A DNA stretch of 62,245 nucleotides, the filler included. It is 4 parts of 4 records of this genome, joined end to end, with 100 filler letters (N's around TTAATTAATTAA, not from the genome) between each part and the next. Parts side by side here need not be neighbours in the genome. Positions count along the whole stretch, not along the records: positions 1 to 21,580 come from SRR31156797_466; positions 21,681 to 37,338 come from SRR31156797_468; 2 more parts are not named here. The stretch is one strand, 5' to 3'. The notes under the pieces are model-generated. The model had not been told where the DNA came from. It saw only the letters and a program-made list of their open reading frames with translations, and did not search any database. The translations under genes and the position numbers were made by a program. Every line of letters begins with the position of its first letter. The first letter of the stretch is position 1. Positions 18,244 through 29,282 of the stretch are shown here, piece after piece.

Positions 18244-20064
18244 TTGTTCAATAATATCATTTATTTCATCGTTGTTCTGCTGATTTTTAACGTCAGTTAT
18301 TCCGATACCTCCCCCGATGATTCGCTGCTTTATTCCATTGCCGGACTTCTGCTTTGCTGGATGGCTTTTGCCGGTTACTGCCGTCGGCGCTTTTATTATC
18401 TCCACCGACTGCTTGCCTCCGGTGGGCCTGACCAAGGCGCACTGGCGGAACGATACGAGCGGCTCAATTTACAGCTTTCCATCCTGGCCATATTGCTGTT
18501 TGCCGTGGCCATCTATTTTTTCAGCCTCAAACAGTGGCTTCTGGCGGTTCCCGGTCTTGCGGCGTTCTCCGTGTTGCAGGGTCTCTTCGCCATCGCGTTG
18601 TTTCTCTTCTATCTGGGTACCATCTGGTATTTTGCCTACCCCGCCTACCGGGTGCTGTTTCGCGTGCATGTTACAAGACGCAGTTTTGTGCTGAGCAACC
18701 TTCGGTTCAATCTTCCCGTCCTGTTTCCATGGTTCGCTCTGACGCTCGTCTATGACCTGCTTTCGCTCACTCCGTGGGTATCCTCCGGCGTTTTTTTGAA
18801 CAGTATTTACGGCCAGATACTCTTTTTTGCCGTCTTTCTCTCCCTTCTGGTGGTGGTCATGCCGAAATTCATACAATACTGGTGGGGGTGTAAACCCCTG
18901 GAGTCATCGGAAAAGGGGAGAAATCTGGCGAATTTCCTGAGAGAAAAGGGTTTCCGCTACCGCCGCCTGCTCAACTGGCCTATTTTTGAGGGGCGAATGA
19001 TGACGGCGGGCATTATGGGGATTGTTCCCCGGTATCGTTATATTCTGGTGACCGATGCGCTCATGTCCGCGCTTACAATGGAAGAGCTGGAATCCGTTCT
19101 GGCCCATGAGATGGGCCATGCCAGGTATTTCCATTTGCTCTTTTACGTCCTTTTCTTTGTGGGATTCATGGTGATTTCATTCGGATTGTCGGACGTTTAT
19201 ATCTATCTGGCGTACGTATGGTCTCCCCTGGCGGCGCTTATTTCGGAAGACGATGCCCGGTCCATGACGCTCTTCTATCTGTCGGTGGCCATTCCCATGC
19301 TGTTGACCCTCTTAATTTATTTTCGATATATCATGGGTTTTTTCATGCGCCATTTTGAGCGTCAGGCCGATCTTTACGCCGCAACGGTCATGGGAACACC
19401 CCTATTCATCGTCAATGCCCTGGAGAAAATTGCCTACTTGAGCGGGAAATCCCGCAATGTGCCCAATTGGCATCATTTCAGTATCGGACAACGGGTCGCC
19501 TGCCTGATGAAAACCCTGGAAGTGCCCCGATTGGCCGGGAAACAGAATCGTTTTGTCTTAATATCCTTCCTGGTTTATCTGGTGGGTATGGGGATTTCAG
19601 GTTACTATTTGAATTTCGGCGACATGAAGAGCCGCATGGCGTACGATCTGGTGAGCAGGGAACTCACCCGCAAACTGGAGGAACATCCCCGGAATGTGAG
19701 TCTGGCCATGAACCTGGCCATGGTTTACCAGCGCATGGGAAAAGAGGCGGAAACCATGGCCCTTTATGACCAGATCATCCAGTGGAACCCTCACCAGACC
19801 GTGGCGCTGAACAACCTGGCCTGGATGATGCTGACGGCGAAAAATCCGCTTTTAAGGAATAATGCGCGAGCCCTGGCACTGGCCCGAAAGGCGGTGGCCC
19901 TTCAGCCTGTCCCCCAATTTCTGGACACCCTTGCCGAGGCCTGCTATCAAAACGGGTTGACGGATGAAGCCGTTGACGTCATTCGGGAGGCCATCAAGGG
20001 GGCTGATGAAAACAGGGGCTATTATGAAAGCCAGTTGCGAAAATACCGTTTTCAAAGGAGGTAG
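18244..20064 (+). CDS. M48 family membrane zinc metalloprotease with C-terminal TPR
   Basis: Multiple TM helices, LAHEMGH, FERQAD, NWHH...R, and TPR-like ALNNLAW/FLDTLAEA. Confidence 0.88.
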   Translation: MFNNIIYFIVVLLIFNVSYSDTSPDDSLLYSIAGLLLCWMAFAGYCRRRFYYLHRLLASGGPDQGALAERYERLNLQLSILAILLFAVAIYFFSLKQWLLAVPGLAAFSVLQGLFAIALFLFYLGTIWYFAYPAYRVLFRVHVTRRSFVLSNLRFNLPVLFPWFALTLVYDLLSLTPWVSSGVFLNSIYGQILFFAVFLSLLVVVMPKFIQYWWGCKPLESSEKGRNLANFLREKGFRYRRLLNWPIFEGRMMTAGIMGIVPRYRYILVTDALMSALTMEELESVLAHEMGHARYFHLLFYVLFFVGFMVISFGLSDVYIYLAYVWSPLAALISEDDARSMTLFYLSVAIPMLLTLLIYFRYIMGFFMRHFERQADLYAATVMGTPLFIVNALEKIAYLSGKSRNVPNWHHFSIGQRVACLMKTLEVPRLAGKQNRFVLISFLVYLVGMGISGYYLNFGDMKSRMAYDLVSRELTRKLEEHPRNVSLAMNLAMVYQRMGKEAETMALYDQIIQWNPHQTVALNNLAWMMLTAKNPLLRNNARALALARKAVALQPVPQFLDTLAEACYQNGLTDEAVDVIREAIKGADENRGYYESQLRKYRFQRR

Positions 20065-20069
20065 TTGAA

Positions 20070-20987
20070 ATGACGGCAGAGATTTCCTTGGAAGGGTGTT
20101 TTCCGCCCATCCCCACGCCCTTTGACCCATACGGTAGGGTGGACCATGAGCATCTGGCGGCCAACCTTGAAAAATGGCAGAAAACCCCGCTGAAAGGATT
20201 TGCCGTACTGGGATCCAACGGTGAAGCGGTTCTGCTCAAAACGGAAGAAAAGGTGGAAACCTGGCGGACTGCGGGAAAGGCCATTCTTTCCGACCATCTG
20301 TTTATTGCGGGAACCGGCTGCGAATCCACCACGGAGACCCTGGAATTGACCGAAAAGGCGGCAGCCGCAGGCGCCCATGCGGCAATGATCGTAACGCCCC
20401 ACTATTATAAACCGAAGATGGACCACACGGCCCTGTGCGCCCATTACACCTATCTGGCGGAACGATCTTCCATCCCAATTATTTTATACAATGTACCCGG
20501 ATTTACCGGCGTCGATCTGGAAGCCCGAACCATCATGGAACTGGCGGATCACTCCAATATTATCGGACTCAAGGAGAGTTCGGGCAATGTGGTGAAAATG
20601 GGGCAGGTGGTGGATCACGCGGCGGACCATTTCCAGGTCCTGGCGGGTTCGGGGAGCTTTCTGCTTCCGGCCCTGTCGGTGGGCGCCGTGGGCGGTGTCA
20701 TGGCCCTGGCCGCCGTGGCGCCTTACGACCTGCAGGAAATCGTGGACGGCTTTGCCAAAGGTGAGATGGAAAAAGCGCGGGAAATCCAGCTCAGGCTTAT
20801 CCCCGCCAATGCGGCCGTCACCACCGATTTCGGCATCGCCGGTCTCAAGGAGGCCCTGGATTTGATGGGCATGTATGGTGGTCCGGTACGGTCTCCGTTA
20901 AGGCCTCTGGATGAAGGTCAGAGATCAGAACTGGAAAGGGTTCTCAGGGAGGCTCGTATCTTAACGGGGGAATCAAAAGGTCTTTGA
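20070..20987 (+). CDS. Dihydrodipicolinate synthase family aldolase (4-hydroxy-2-oxoglutarate aldolase-like)
   Basis: PPIPTPF, GSNGE (not the DapA GTTGE), LYNVP, IIGLKES Schiff-base Lys. Confidence 0.85.
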   Translation: MTAEISLEGCFPPIPTPFDPYGRVDHEHLAANLEKWQKTPLKGFAVLGSNGEAVLLKTEEKVETWRTAGKAILSDHLFIAGTGCESTTETLELTEKAAAAGAHAAMIVTPHYYKPKMDHTALCAHYTYLAERSSIPIILYNVPGFTGVDLEARTIMELADHSNIIGLKESSGNVVKMGQVVDHAADHFQVLAGSGSFLLPALSVGAVGGVMALAAVAPYDLQEIVDGFAKGEMEKAREIQLRLIPANAAVTTDFGIAGLKEALDLMGMYGGPVRSPLRPLDEGQRSELERVLREARILTGESKGL

Positions 20988-21085
20988 CAATAATGCTCTT
21001 TCTGGAATATTTGAAGAAGGTATGAAATGTAACCTGCGATAACGGCGTATCCTAAATGGGTTCCCCAACTGTTGAGAGGCTGAAA

Positions 21086-21274
21086 ATGATTGAAAAGACG
21101 GTGAAACGCCTCAGGTTGACAAAAGATGCATCTATCAGGGAAGATCTGGTGTACTGGCTTGGCAAGACCCCCCGGGAACGAATCGCAGCCATTGAATTTT
21201 TAAGAAGGCAGCACCATGGAGGTTCAGCAAGACTTCAGAGATCTGCTCGCGTTATTCAACAAAAGCAAGGTTGA
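21086..21274 (+). CDS. Small hypothetical protein paired with a nucleotidyltransferase (possible antitoxin-like partner)
   Basis: GAGAGG RBS; DLVYWLGKTPRERIAAIEFLRRQ motif; overlaps the downstream NTase gene. Confidence 0.6.
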   Translation: MIEKTVKRLRLTKDASIREDLVYWLGKTPRERIAAIEFLRRQHHGGSARLQRSARVIQQKQG

Positions 21275-21580
21275 CTATATTATCGTGGGGGCCTATGCGC
21301 TGGGGTTCCACGGTGCGCCCCGGTTTACCGGCGATCTGGACATATATGTAAAGCCGGACCCCGAAAATGCACAAAACATTCTGAAGGCCCTCCATGCTTT
21401 CGGTTTTGGATCGCTGGGACTCAAAGCCGGGGATTTCGAGGAAGAAGGCAGGATTGTTCAACTCGGTTTTCCGCCCGTCAGAATAGATATCATCACTTCG
21501 ATTACAGGGGTTGGTTACATGGGAGCAGGCCCGAGCGGACAGGGCGAAAGGACCCTATGGAGATTTGATGGTTCACTATA
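21216..21580 (+). CDS. Minimal nucleotidyltransferase-fold protein; frameshifted near 21509-21516 and cut by the contig end
   Basis: YIIVGAYA...HGAPRFTGDLDIYV (G...DxD). A GGTT duplication shifts the frame; removing it gives TGVTWEQARADRAKGPYGDLMVHY. Confidence 0.75.
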
Positions 21581-21680
21581 NNNNNNNNNNNNNNNNNNNN
21601 NNNNNNNNNNNNNNNNNNNNNNNNTTAATTAATTAANNNNNNNNNNNNNNNNNNNNNNNNNNNNNNNNNNNNNNNNNNNN
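21581..21680. other. Artificial contig spacer
   Basis: 44 N + TTAATTAATTAA (stops in all six frames) + 44 N; base composition changes abruptly across it. Confidence 0.98.
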
Positions 21681-21681
21681 T

Positions 21682-22719
21682 ACTTGGTATGCTGGTGAGA
21701 TGAAAAAAGGGATCTTTTCTATGATGAACTACTGGTTACCATTAGAAAACAAACTTCCAATGCACTGTTCTGCAAATGTAGGGAAAGATGGGGATGTTGC
21801 CCTATTCTTTGGACTTAGTGGAACAGGAAAAACTACACTTTCAACAGATCCAGAGAGAGCTTTAATCGGTGATGATGAGCATGGTTGGGATAATGATGGA
21901 GTATTCAACTTCGAAGGTGGATGCTACGCAAAAGTTATCAACCTTGATCCATCAGCTGAACCTGAGATCTATGGTGCAATTAAAAGAGGTGCTATTTTAG
22001 AAAACGTAGGATATGATGAAGATGATGGTGATGCTTTATGTGTTGAAGTTGATTATTCATGTAATAAAAAAACTGAAAATACAAGAGTTTCTTATCCAAT
22101 TAATCATATTGAAAATATCAAAGAAGATATGCAAGCTGGACACCCTAAAAATATCATCTTTTTAAGTGCTGATGCTTTTGGTGTATTGCCTCCTGTATCA
22201 AAACTTACAAAAGAGCAAGCGATGTATTATTTCCTCAGTGGATATACTGCAAAAGTTGCAGGAACTGAGAGAGGAGTAACTGAGCCTCAAGCTACATTTA
22301 GTGCTTGTTTTGGGGAAGCTTTCTTACCACTTCATCCAACAGAGTATGCAAAACTTCTTGGAGAAAAAATTGATAAGCACGGAGCAAATGTATATCTAGT
22401 AAACACTGGATGGACAGGTGGTGCTTATGGTACTGGGAAAAGAATGAGCATTAAAAACACAAGAGCGTGTATCAATGGTATTTTAGATGGAAAAATCGAA
22501 GCAAGTGAATTTGAAACTCTTCCATTATTTAACTTATCTATTCCAAAAACACTAGAAGGTGTTGATACTGAAGTATTAAACCCTAGAAACACATGGGCTG
22601 ATAAAGATGCTTATGATGCTGGAGCAAAAGAGTTAGCTTCTATGTATATAGAGAACTTTAAAAAATATTTAACTGATGATAGTGATTTTGACTTCACTGC
22701 AGCAGGTCCACAAATATAA
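21682..22719 (+). CDS. pckA: Phosphoenolpyruvate carboxykinase (ATP), 5'-truncated
   Basis: [54 protein letters not shown]. Confidence 0.97.
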   Translation, partial: TWYAGEMKKGIFSMMNYWLPLENKLPMHCSANVGKDGDVALFFGLSGTGKTTLSTDPERALIGDDEHGWDNDGVFNFEGGCYAKVINLDPSAEPEIYGAIKRGAILENVGYDEDDGDALCVEVDYSCNKKTENTRVSYPINHIENIKEDMQAGHPKNIIFLSADAFGVLPPVSKLTKEQAMYYFLSGYTAKVAGTERGVTEPQATFSACFGEAFLPLHPTEYAKLLGEKIDKHGANVYLVNTGWTGGAYGTGKRMSIKNTRACINGILDGKIEASEFETLPLFNLSIPKTLEGVDTEVLNPRNTWADKDAYDAGAKELASMYIENFKKYLTDDSDFDFTAAGPQI

Positions 22720-22751
22720 TAATTAAATATCTTTAATTATCTTCTTTTATT

Positions 22752-22777
22752 AAGGAAGCCTTTGGCTTCCTTTTTTT
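22752..22777 (+). terminator. Intrinsic terminator after pckA
   Basis: AAGGAAGCC-TTT-GGCTTCCTT followed by a T tract. Confidence 0.85.
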
Positions 22778-22847
22778 ATGATTACAAACTTACAAATTAT
22801 CACTACAAAACGTATCTATTTACGTTAGAATAAGAAAAAGGATATAG

Positions 22848-23339
22848 ATGACAAAACTAGAATTTTTAGAGCAAATACAAAACAACTGTAGTGAGATTCT
22901 TTATATCAGTATGAAACATATGTATGATAAGCTTTATCAAGATGATGAAGTTTTAGATAAAGATAAAAACAAAGAGTTTTTAGCAAATTATAAAAACTAT
23001 CACCTTTATCTGAATGATTTTGCAGGGACTATTTATAGTAGATATGCATCTAGTGTTGATTCACTCTATATTGAGATGTGTGAATTTTTGCAAATCGAAA
23101 TAGATAATAAATATACCTTAGAACATACTATTATGAAACTAGAAAAACAAACTCCATCACTTCTTCTTGGACTTACAGATCAAGATATCCAACATCAAAC
23201 AATAGAACATTTTGATGAAAGATTAGAGGCGATCGAAGGCTCAACTCATTATAATAGTAATTTAGAAGAATTTCAACCAAGAGTTGAGAAACTCAAACAA
23301 AATATTGCATTAGTAAAAAATGCTTTACAAATGCACTAA
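22848..23339 (+). CDS. Hypothetical helical protein
   Basis: 163-aa ORF with an AAAGGA RBS in AT-rich DNA; no recognised motif. Confidence 0.75.
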   Translation: MTKLEFLEQIQNNCSEILYISMKHMYDKLYQDDEVLDKDKNKEFLANYKNYHLYLNDFAGTIYSRYASSVDSLYIEMCEFLQIEIDNKYTLEHTIMKLEKQTPSLLLGLTDQDIQHQTIEHFDERLEAIEGSTHYNSNLEEFQPRVEKLKQNIALVKNALQMH

Positions 23340-23400
23340 CCAAAATAATTTTAACGTACAATTGGCTATAATTATCAATAAAAATATAAAGATATGACAA

Positions 23401-24240
23401 ATGAATGAAATAATAGAAGCAATCAAAAAATCAACGATAGAGATCAAAAATATCATTATAAAAGGTGATACAGATAAAAGTGAACAACAAAATTCAACAG
23501 GTGATACACAACTTAAACTAGATATTGCTAGTGATGTAGTAATTGAGAGAAACTTCAAACAGATTAGTAGTGTAAAACAGATCGTCAGTGAAGAGCAAGA
23601 TCACATTGTAGATATCAATGAAGATGGAAAATACTATATAGCATATGATCCACTTGATGGAAGCTCATTAGTAGATGTGAACCTCTCCGTTGGATCTATT
23701 TATGGAATTTATGAAAATGGTTTTAGTGGAGCAAATATCATTGCTTCAGTTTATGTGGTATTTGGACCGCGAGTTGAGATGATCATTTGTGATGGAGAGT
23801 CTGTAAAGCTTTATAGAATGAATGGACAAAAAGAGTTTAACTACATTCAAGATCTCAATATGAGCGACAAAGGGTCGATAAACTCTCCAGGATCAACGCA
23901 ACAATGCTGGTATGATAATCATAAAACTATGATTAATGAAATGTTTAAAGATGGATATGATCTTACATATAGTGGTGGAATGGTACCTGATCTTCATCAT
24001 ATCCTTTTACGAGGTGGTGGATTATTTTCATACCCTGGAGCTAGTGACAAACCCAATGGAAAGCTTAGACAGCTTTTTGAAGTTTTCCCTTTTGCTCATA
24101 TGTTTGAAACTGCAGGTGGGGCTGCAATTGATGGAAGTAAAAGAGCCTTAGATATCACAACTGAACATATCCATGATACAAGCCCATGTTTTTTTGGTAG
24201 TAAAACAGAAATTGAGCGTGTAAGAGCTGCTTATAACTAA
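23401..24240 (+). CDS. fbp: Fructose-1,6-bisphosphatase class 1
   Basis: [37 protein letters not shown]. Confidence 0.95.
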   Translation: MNEIIEAIKKSTIEIKNIIIKGDTDKSEQQNSTGDTQLKLDIASDVVIERNFKQISSVKQIVSEEQDHIVDINEDGKYYIAYDPLDGSSLVDVNLSVGSIYGIYENGFSGANIIASVYVVFGPRVEMIICDGESVKLYRMNGQKEFNYIQDLNMSDKGSINSPGSTQQCWYDNHKTMINEMFKDGYDLTYSGGMVPDLHHILLRGGGLFSYPGASDKPNGKLRQLFEVFPFAHMFETAGGAAIDGSKRALDITTEHIHDTSPCFFGSKTEIERVRAAYN

Positions 24241-24441
24241 ATGGGTGATACAGAGCAAAAAGATCAATGGCAAATAGCTCTTGAAGAGGAGCTACAAAAA
24301 TTACAAATGTGTCAACAATCAAAAAACTTAGACACATGCTCTAAATGTGAACTTATTTTAACTTGTGAAATAAGAAAAAACTATATACTTGCTGTATATG
24401 AAAGTATGAATAAAGGAAGTGGTGGTGGATTCGAATTTTAA
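24241..24441 (+). CDS. Small four-Cys protein
   Basis: CQQSKNLDTCSKCELILTC and C-terminal YESMNKGSGGGFEF; directly abuts fbp and overlaps nspC. Confidence 0.75.
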   Translation: MGDTEQKDQWQIALEEELQKLQMCQQSKNLDTCSKCELILTCEIRKNYILAVYESMNKGSGGGFEF

Positions 24442-25558
24442 TGGGATTCTTCCTAGTCCATGTTATGTATGTGAAGAGGCGCTTTTAGAAAAAAATCTAA
24501 AACTTTTAAAATATGTCCAAGATGAAGCAGATGTAAATATTCTTTTAGCATTAAAAGGATTTGCTTTATATAGTAGTTTTGATCTCTGTAAACAATATCT
24601 TAAAGGGTGTTGTGCGAGTGGATTAAATGAAGCAATATTGGCCTATGAGGAGTTTAGAGAAGAAGTACATACTTACTCCCCTGCTTTTAAACCAAATGAG
24701 TTCCCAGAAATCTCTCGTATCTCTAATCATATAGTGTTTAACTCCTTCCAACAATTAGAACTCTATAAAGATCAAATTCAATCAAAAAATAGTATTGGTA
24801 TACGGGTCAATCCAGAGGTATCTACTGTGGAAGTTGATCTATATAACCCTTGTGCTCCTTATAGTCGTCTTGGAAGCACTTTAAAAAAATTTCCTGATAC
24901 TTTACCTCCAATTATTGAAGGGCTTCATTTCCATGCTCTTTGTGAGCAAAATGTAGATGCTCTTGCACAAGTCCTAGAAAAGTTTGAAGCAAATTTTTCT
25001 AAATATTTCTCACAATTAAAATGGATTAACTTTGGAGGAGGACATCATATTACTAGAGTAGATTATGATGTGGAAGGACTTATAAAGCTTCTTAAAACCT
25101 TTAAAAAGAAGTATCCACACTTAAAAGTATATCTAGAGCCAGGTGAAGCTGTGGGATGGCAAACAGGATATTTAGAAGCTACAGTGCTTGATATCGTAGA
25201 TAATGGGATGAAAATAGCTATTCTTGATACCAGTGCAGAATGCCATATGCCCGATACTTTAGCTATGCCATATCGAGCTGAAATTCGAGGAGCAGCAGAG
25301 GCAAATAAGAAACCATATACCTATAGACTAGGTGGCAACACTTGTCTTGCTGGTGATATTATTGGAGATTATTCATTTGATAAAGAGCTTCAAATTGGAG
25401 ATAAGATCATTTTAGAAGATATGATCCATTATACTATGGTCAAAACAACCACATTTAATGGGATAAATCTTCCATCAATCGCTATAAAAAGAAAAAATGG
25501 AGACTTTGATCTCATCCGAAATTATGGATATGAAAGCTATAAAGATAGACTTTCTTAA
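24419..25558 (+). CDS. nspC: Carboxynorspermidine decarboxylase
   Basis: PSPCYV, LALKGF (PLP Lys), LYNPCAPYSRLG, GLHFHALCEQ, NFGGGHHIT, LEPGEA, CLAGD, HYTMVKTTTFNG. Confidence 0.95.
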   Translation: MVVDSNFNGILPSPCYVCEEALLEKNLKLLKYVQDEADVNILLALKGFALYSSFDLCKQYLKGCCASGLNEAILAYEEFREEVHTYSPAFKPNEFPEISRISNHIVFNSFQQLELYKDQIQSKNSIGIRVNPEVSTVEVDLYNPCAPYSRLGSTLKKFPDTLPPIIEGLHFHALCEQNVDALAQVLEKFEANFSKYFSQLKWINFGGGHHITRVDYDVEGLIKLLKTFKKKYPHLKVYLEPGEAVGWQTGYLEATVLDIVDNGMKIAILDTSAECHMPDTLAMPYRAEIRGAAEANKKPYTYRLGGNTCLAGDIIGDYSFDKELQIGDKIILEDMIHYTMVKTTTFNGINLPSIAIKRKNGDFDLIRNYGYESYKDRLS

Positions 25559-26407
25559 TTAGAGTAAGTCGATATATAAAGTATATTCACTTACTAACAT
25601 ATCTGAATCATAACTAGGCGATAAGGTCACATCAGCAGGAACCTTTGTTTTATTATCACTTTTAACTAAAGAGTATGTGGATGTAACTGTTTTTTTACTA
25701 TGGATCGCTTTTAACATCAACTTTTGGATACTCTCTTCTGTACAATCATCGCATCGTATTAAGTTAATATTTTGACCAATAACATCTTGTTTTGAAAATT
25801 CAAAAAAACGTAAGAATTTATCTGAAACCTCAATGATCTTTGCTGTTTTATCTATTTTTACTTTTATAACAAGATTATCAACAATTGCATTTAAATAATT
25901 ATTCTCAATCTGTAATCTTTCTACTTTTTCATTGAGTGTTGAGTGTAAAGTATCATGATGGGTCTTTTTTTCCATAAGTGTACGAGCTAAAATTTCGATA
26001 TTATTAAGTCGTCTATATTTTTGTACTATATTTACAATATTAATTGTAAGATCTTTTATTTGCAAAGGTTTTGGCATATATTTATCTACATTGATATCCA
26101 TAGCATTCATTACAAACTTTGAGTCTGTATGGGCTGTAGTTACAATCGTTGGGATTTGAGTATTAAGTTCATTGATCTTTGCTATCATATCTAGACCATT
26201 CATATTTGGCATATTGATATCAGAAACAACTATATCTATTTCACTTTTATGCTCTTGAAACAGTTTTAACCCCTCTCTCCCATCAGCAGCAATAAAAACT
26301 TTTTTGAAAAGTTTATTCATAACCACACCCGTTTGATCTCTTACGATTTGATCATCTTCAACATAGAGTAGAGTAATTGTTTTTAATTCTTTTGTATCAA
26401 GTTTCAT
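25559..26407 (-). CDS. Response regulator (REC + coiled coil + PAS-like domain)
   Basis: [27 protein letters not shown]-terminal PAS-like region. Confidence 0.85.
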   Translation of the reverse strand: MKLDTKELKTITLLYVEDDQIVRDQTGVVMNKLFKKVFIAADGREGLKLFQEHKSEIDIVVSDINMPNMNGLDMIAKINELNTQIPTIVTTAHTDSKFVMNAMDINVDKYMPKPLQIKDLTINIVNIVQKYRRLNNIEILARTLMEKKTHHDTLHSTLNEKVERLQIENNYLNAIVDNLVIKVKIDKTAKIIEVSDKFLRFFEFSKQDVIGQNINLIRCDDCTEESIQKLMLKAIHSKKTVTSTYSLVKSDNKTKVPADVTLSPSYDSDMLVSEYTLYIDLL

Positions 26408-27443
26408 CTTTATCCTTTATATCAAAAAGAGACACCTGCTCATCTATCTGATTTGGAGGAGTGAGCCTAAATAACTCATAGCTTTTTACTGTTGCTATTC
26501 TTCCTCTAGCAGTTCTTTGGATGTATCCATTTGCTAAGAGATATGGCTCAATTGCCTCTTCTATCGTCCCCTCATCTTCACTTAAAGCTGCAGCCATTGT
26601 TCCAAGTCCTATAGGTCTTCCTTTATTAGATAAAAGGAGTTCAAGCAGTTTGATATCCATTTCATCAAACCCTTTATCATTGATCCCTAGTTCATCTAGA
26701 GCATATTTACAACGCGCTAAATTGATCATATCCTCATCTTCAACCTCTGCAAAGTCTCTTACTCTTTTTAAAAGCCTTAGAGCAACTCTAGGAGTTCCCC
26801 TACTTCGTCTTGCTATCTCTAAACTGGCATCAAGTTCACTTTGTTTATTGAGTTTTTTAGCTGCAGTTGAGATTATTTGAGACAACTCATTATCACTATA
26901 AAAATTAAGTCTAAAATGCATTCCAAATCTATCTCTAAGAGGGTTACTTAACATCCCTGCTCTAGTGGTTGCTCCAATAAGTGTAAACTTTGGAAGATCT
27001 ATCTGCACAGTTTGAGCAGCTGGTCCACTTCCTATAATAATATCAAGCCTAAAATCCTCCATTGCAGGATATAATATCTCTTCAATAGCAGGAGTTAATC
27101 TATGGATCTCATCAATAAAAAGGATATCACCCTCTTCTAGGTTTGTAAGGATAGCTGCAAGATCCCCACCTTTTTCTATAGTAGGTGCTGCAGTTACTTT
27201 GATATTTGCTTCCATCTGATTTGCAATGATATGGCTTAAAGTAGTTTTTCCAAGCCCTGGAGGTCCAAAGAATAAAATATGATCTAAGACCTCTTCTCTT
27301 TTTTTACACGCTTGAATAAATACTTGTAAGTTTTTTTTAATCTTCTCTTGACCTACATACTCATCCCAAATACTTGGACGAAGAGTTATATCTTCATTAG
27401 TACTTTCAAAAGAGATCTTTTCTAACTCTACTAATCTTTCCAA
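26397..27443 (-). CDS. ruvB: Holliday junction branch migration helicase RuvB
   Basis: [45 protein letters not shown]. Confidence 0.98.
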   Translation of the reverse strand: MERLVELEKISFESTNEDITLRPSIWDEYVGQEKIKKNLQVFIQACKKREEVLDHILFFGPPGLGKTTLSHIIANQMEANIKVTAAPTIEKGGDLAAILTNLEEGDILFIDEIHRLTPAIEEILYPAMEDFRLDIIIGSGPAAQTVQIDLPKFTLIGATTRAGMLSNPLRDRFGMHFRLNFYSDNELSQIISTAAKKLNKQSELDASLEIARRSRGTPRVALRLLKRVRDFAEVEDEDMINLARCKYALDELGINDKGFDEMDIKLLELLLSNKGRPIGLGTMAAALSEDEGTIEEAIEPYLLANGYIQRTARGRIATVKSYELFRLTPPNQIDEQVSLFDIKDKDET

Positions 27444-27452
27444 AAAACTCTA

Positions 27453-29261
27453 TTACTCCATTCCATCTTTAAATCGAACTACTTGGTTTCTACCATTTTG
27501 TTTCGCATGATATAATGCAATATCACTTTGTTTAACATATTTCCAAAAAGAGTGTGAATCATTTGGAAATAAAGAGGTTCCAATACTAATTGTCTTACTA
27601 AATGTTTCCGTTCCTGCTTGAATTTTTTGTTGGGAGAAAGCAATTCTTATCTTTTCTGCAGTTTTTTGAAGTATCTCTTCATTGGCATTATTAAGTACAA
27701 CAATAAACTCTTCACCACCAAATCGAATAATAATACCATTTTCATCTACCACATCTTTTAATGTATTTGCAATAGTTTTAATCGCAATATCACCAATATC
27801 ATGTCCATAATTATCATTGATCTGTTTAAAGAAATCGATATCTACCATCATCAATCCACAAGGGATTTTCTTTTGTTTCCCATTATAAATTACATTATCA
27901 AGATATTTTTCTAAGAATTTTCTATTATAAAGACCTGTTAAAGGATCTGTTTGTGCATTACGCTCTAATATTTGCATAAGTTTTTTACTTACAATCTCAG
28001 GTTTTGCAGCGTCTACATAATCTTTGATAAATGGTAATAATGATCTAATTCTATCATGTTCAACTTGCGTATCACATACAAAAGAGATAATAAAGTCAAG
28101 ATCATTTGAAATAGAATAAGGGATACAAAGATAATACTTCTCATCATTTGTAAACATATCACACACTGTTTTAAATTGGCATGAATCAACAGTTGTATTA
28201 GTTCTATCTGCACGACACCCTTTTGTAAGGGGATCACATAGTATTTTATCATGTACATATACAATTTCAGTACTTTTATTCGTAGTATCAGCTTCTAAAA
28301 AGTTAAAGTCTTTTATATCAAACTTATCTGTTAAAATAGTAGATACTCTTTTATATACTTCATCTATAGTTTCATCATGTTCAATTGTTTTTCTAAATCT
28401 ATAAATATCAGCTAATCTATTTACTGTATTTTGAACATCTACAATTGGATCTTCTGCTTTATGTACCTTGTGAGCTGTTAAGAAAATATCTATTTTTTCT
28501 CCAATTGAGAGTAGATTATCTTGCAGTTTTCCCATATGTTCATTGATCCAATATGCAACATTTTTTGCTTCACCACTCTCAATACCTTCTATTCTTCCAG
28601 TATAATCACCATCATGAGCTTTTTTCATAACATCTTTTATTTTTTGGAAAATCGATAAATAAGGAGTAATTACATGACGTACAAAAAATAAAATCACCAA
28701 ACAAAGTACTAATGATATTACTGATACGTACCCAATAATATTTAAACTAGTTGCTTTAAGATCATCCATGGTCATAACCATAGAGATCGCTCCAAGCGTA
28801 TCTCCCTCTTTTGCGTCATGACATGTCATACAGTTGATATTTTGTGAGATCTCAGCTTTGTAAGGGATAGTTATTCTATAAGTACTATGTCCAAAAAACT
28901 TCTCTTCGATCACTTCTACACTCTCTCCTGAGGATAAAACCTCTCTATCAATATCATCTTGAATAAGCTCTTTTCCTGGACCATATTGTTTATTGACTGT
29001 TTCTGAACGTATGATCCAAATATCATCAATATTTTCTAAGTTTTTTGTTTGTTCAAGATAAAAATCACGATTTGCCATGATCCCATTTACCATATGGGCA
29101 GTTAAACCATTTTTAACACTCTCTGCAACTAGATGAGCTTTTGTTTTAGCGCTCTCCATTCCAAAATCTCTTAGATTTAATGTTATATTAATGATCATTG
29201 CAATAAGCATCACTAACATAATTAAAGCTATCGTAGCGATCACATTTTTCTTCGTATTCAC
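27453..29261 (-). CDS. Membrane diguanylate cyclase with periplasmic CxxCH domain, HAMP-like and GAF-like regions
   Basis: Two TM helices flanking CMTCH; TDPLTGLYNR, DIDFFK, RFGGEEF. Confidence 0.9.
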   Translation of the reverse strand: MNTKKNVIATIALIMLVMLIAMIINITLNLRDFGMESAKTKAHLVAESVKNGLTAHMVNGIMANRDFYLEQTKNLENIDDIWIIRSETVNKQYGPGKELIQDDIDREVLSSGESVEVIEEKFFGHSTYRITIPYKAEISQNINCMTCHDAKEGDTLGAISMVMTMDDLKATSLNIIGYVSVISLVLCLVILFFVRHVITPYLSIFQKIKDVMKKAHDGDYTGRIEGIESGEAKNVAYWINEHMGKLQDNLLSIGEKIDIFLTAHKVHKAEDPIVDVQNTVNRLADIYRFRKTIEHDETIDEVYKRVSTILTDKFDIKDFNFLEADTTNKSTEIVYVHDKILCDPLTKGCRADRTNTTVDSCQFKTVCDMFTNDEKYYLCIPYSISNDLDFIISFVCDTQVEHDRIRSLLPFIKDYVDAAKPEIVSKKLMQILERNAQTDPLTGLYNRKFLEKYLDNVIYNGKQKKIPCGLMMVDIDFFKQINDNYGHDIGDIAIKTIANTLKDVVDENGIIIRFGGEEFIVVLNNANEEILQKTAEKIRIAFSQQKIQAGTETFSKTISIGTSLFPNDSHSFWKYVKQSDIALYHAKQNGRNQVVRFKDGME

Positions 29262-29282
29262 TCTATCCCTTTCTTTATAGAT

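Noticed and set aside
21625-21636. TTAATTAATTAA palindrome recurring three times
   Set aside because: It is the artificial six-frame-stop linker inside N runs, not a biological repeat.
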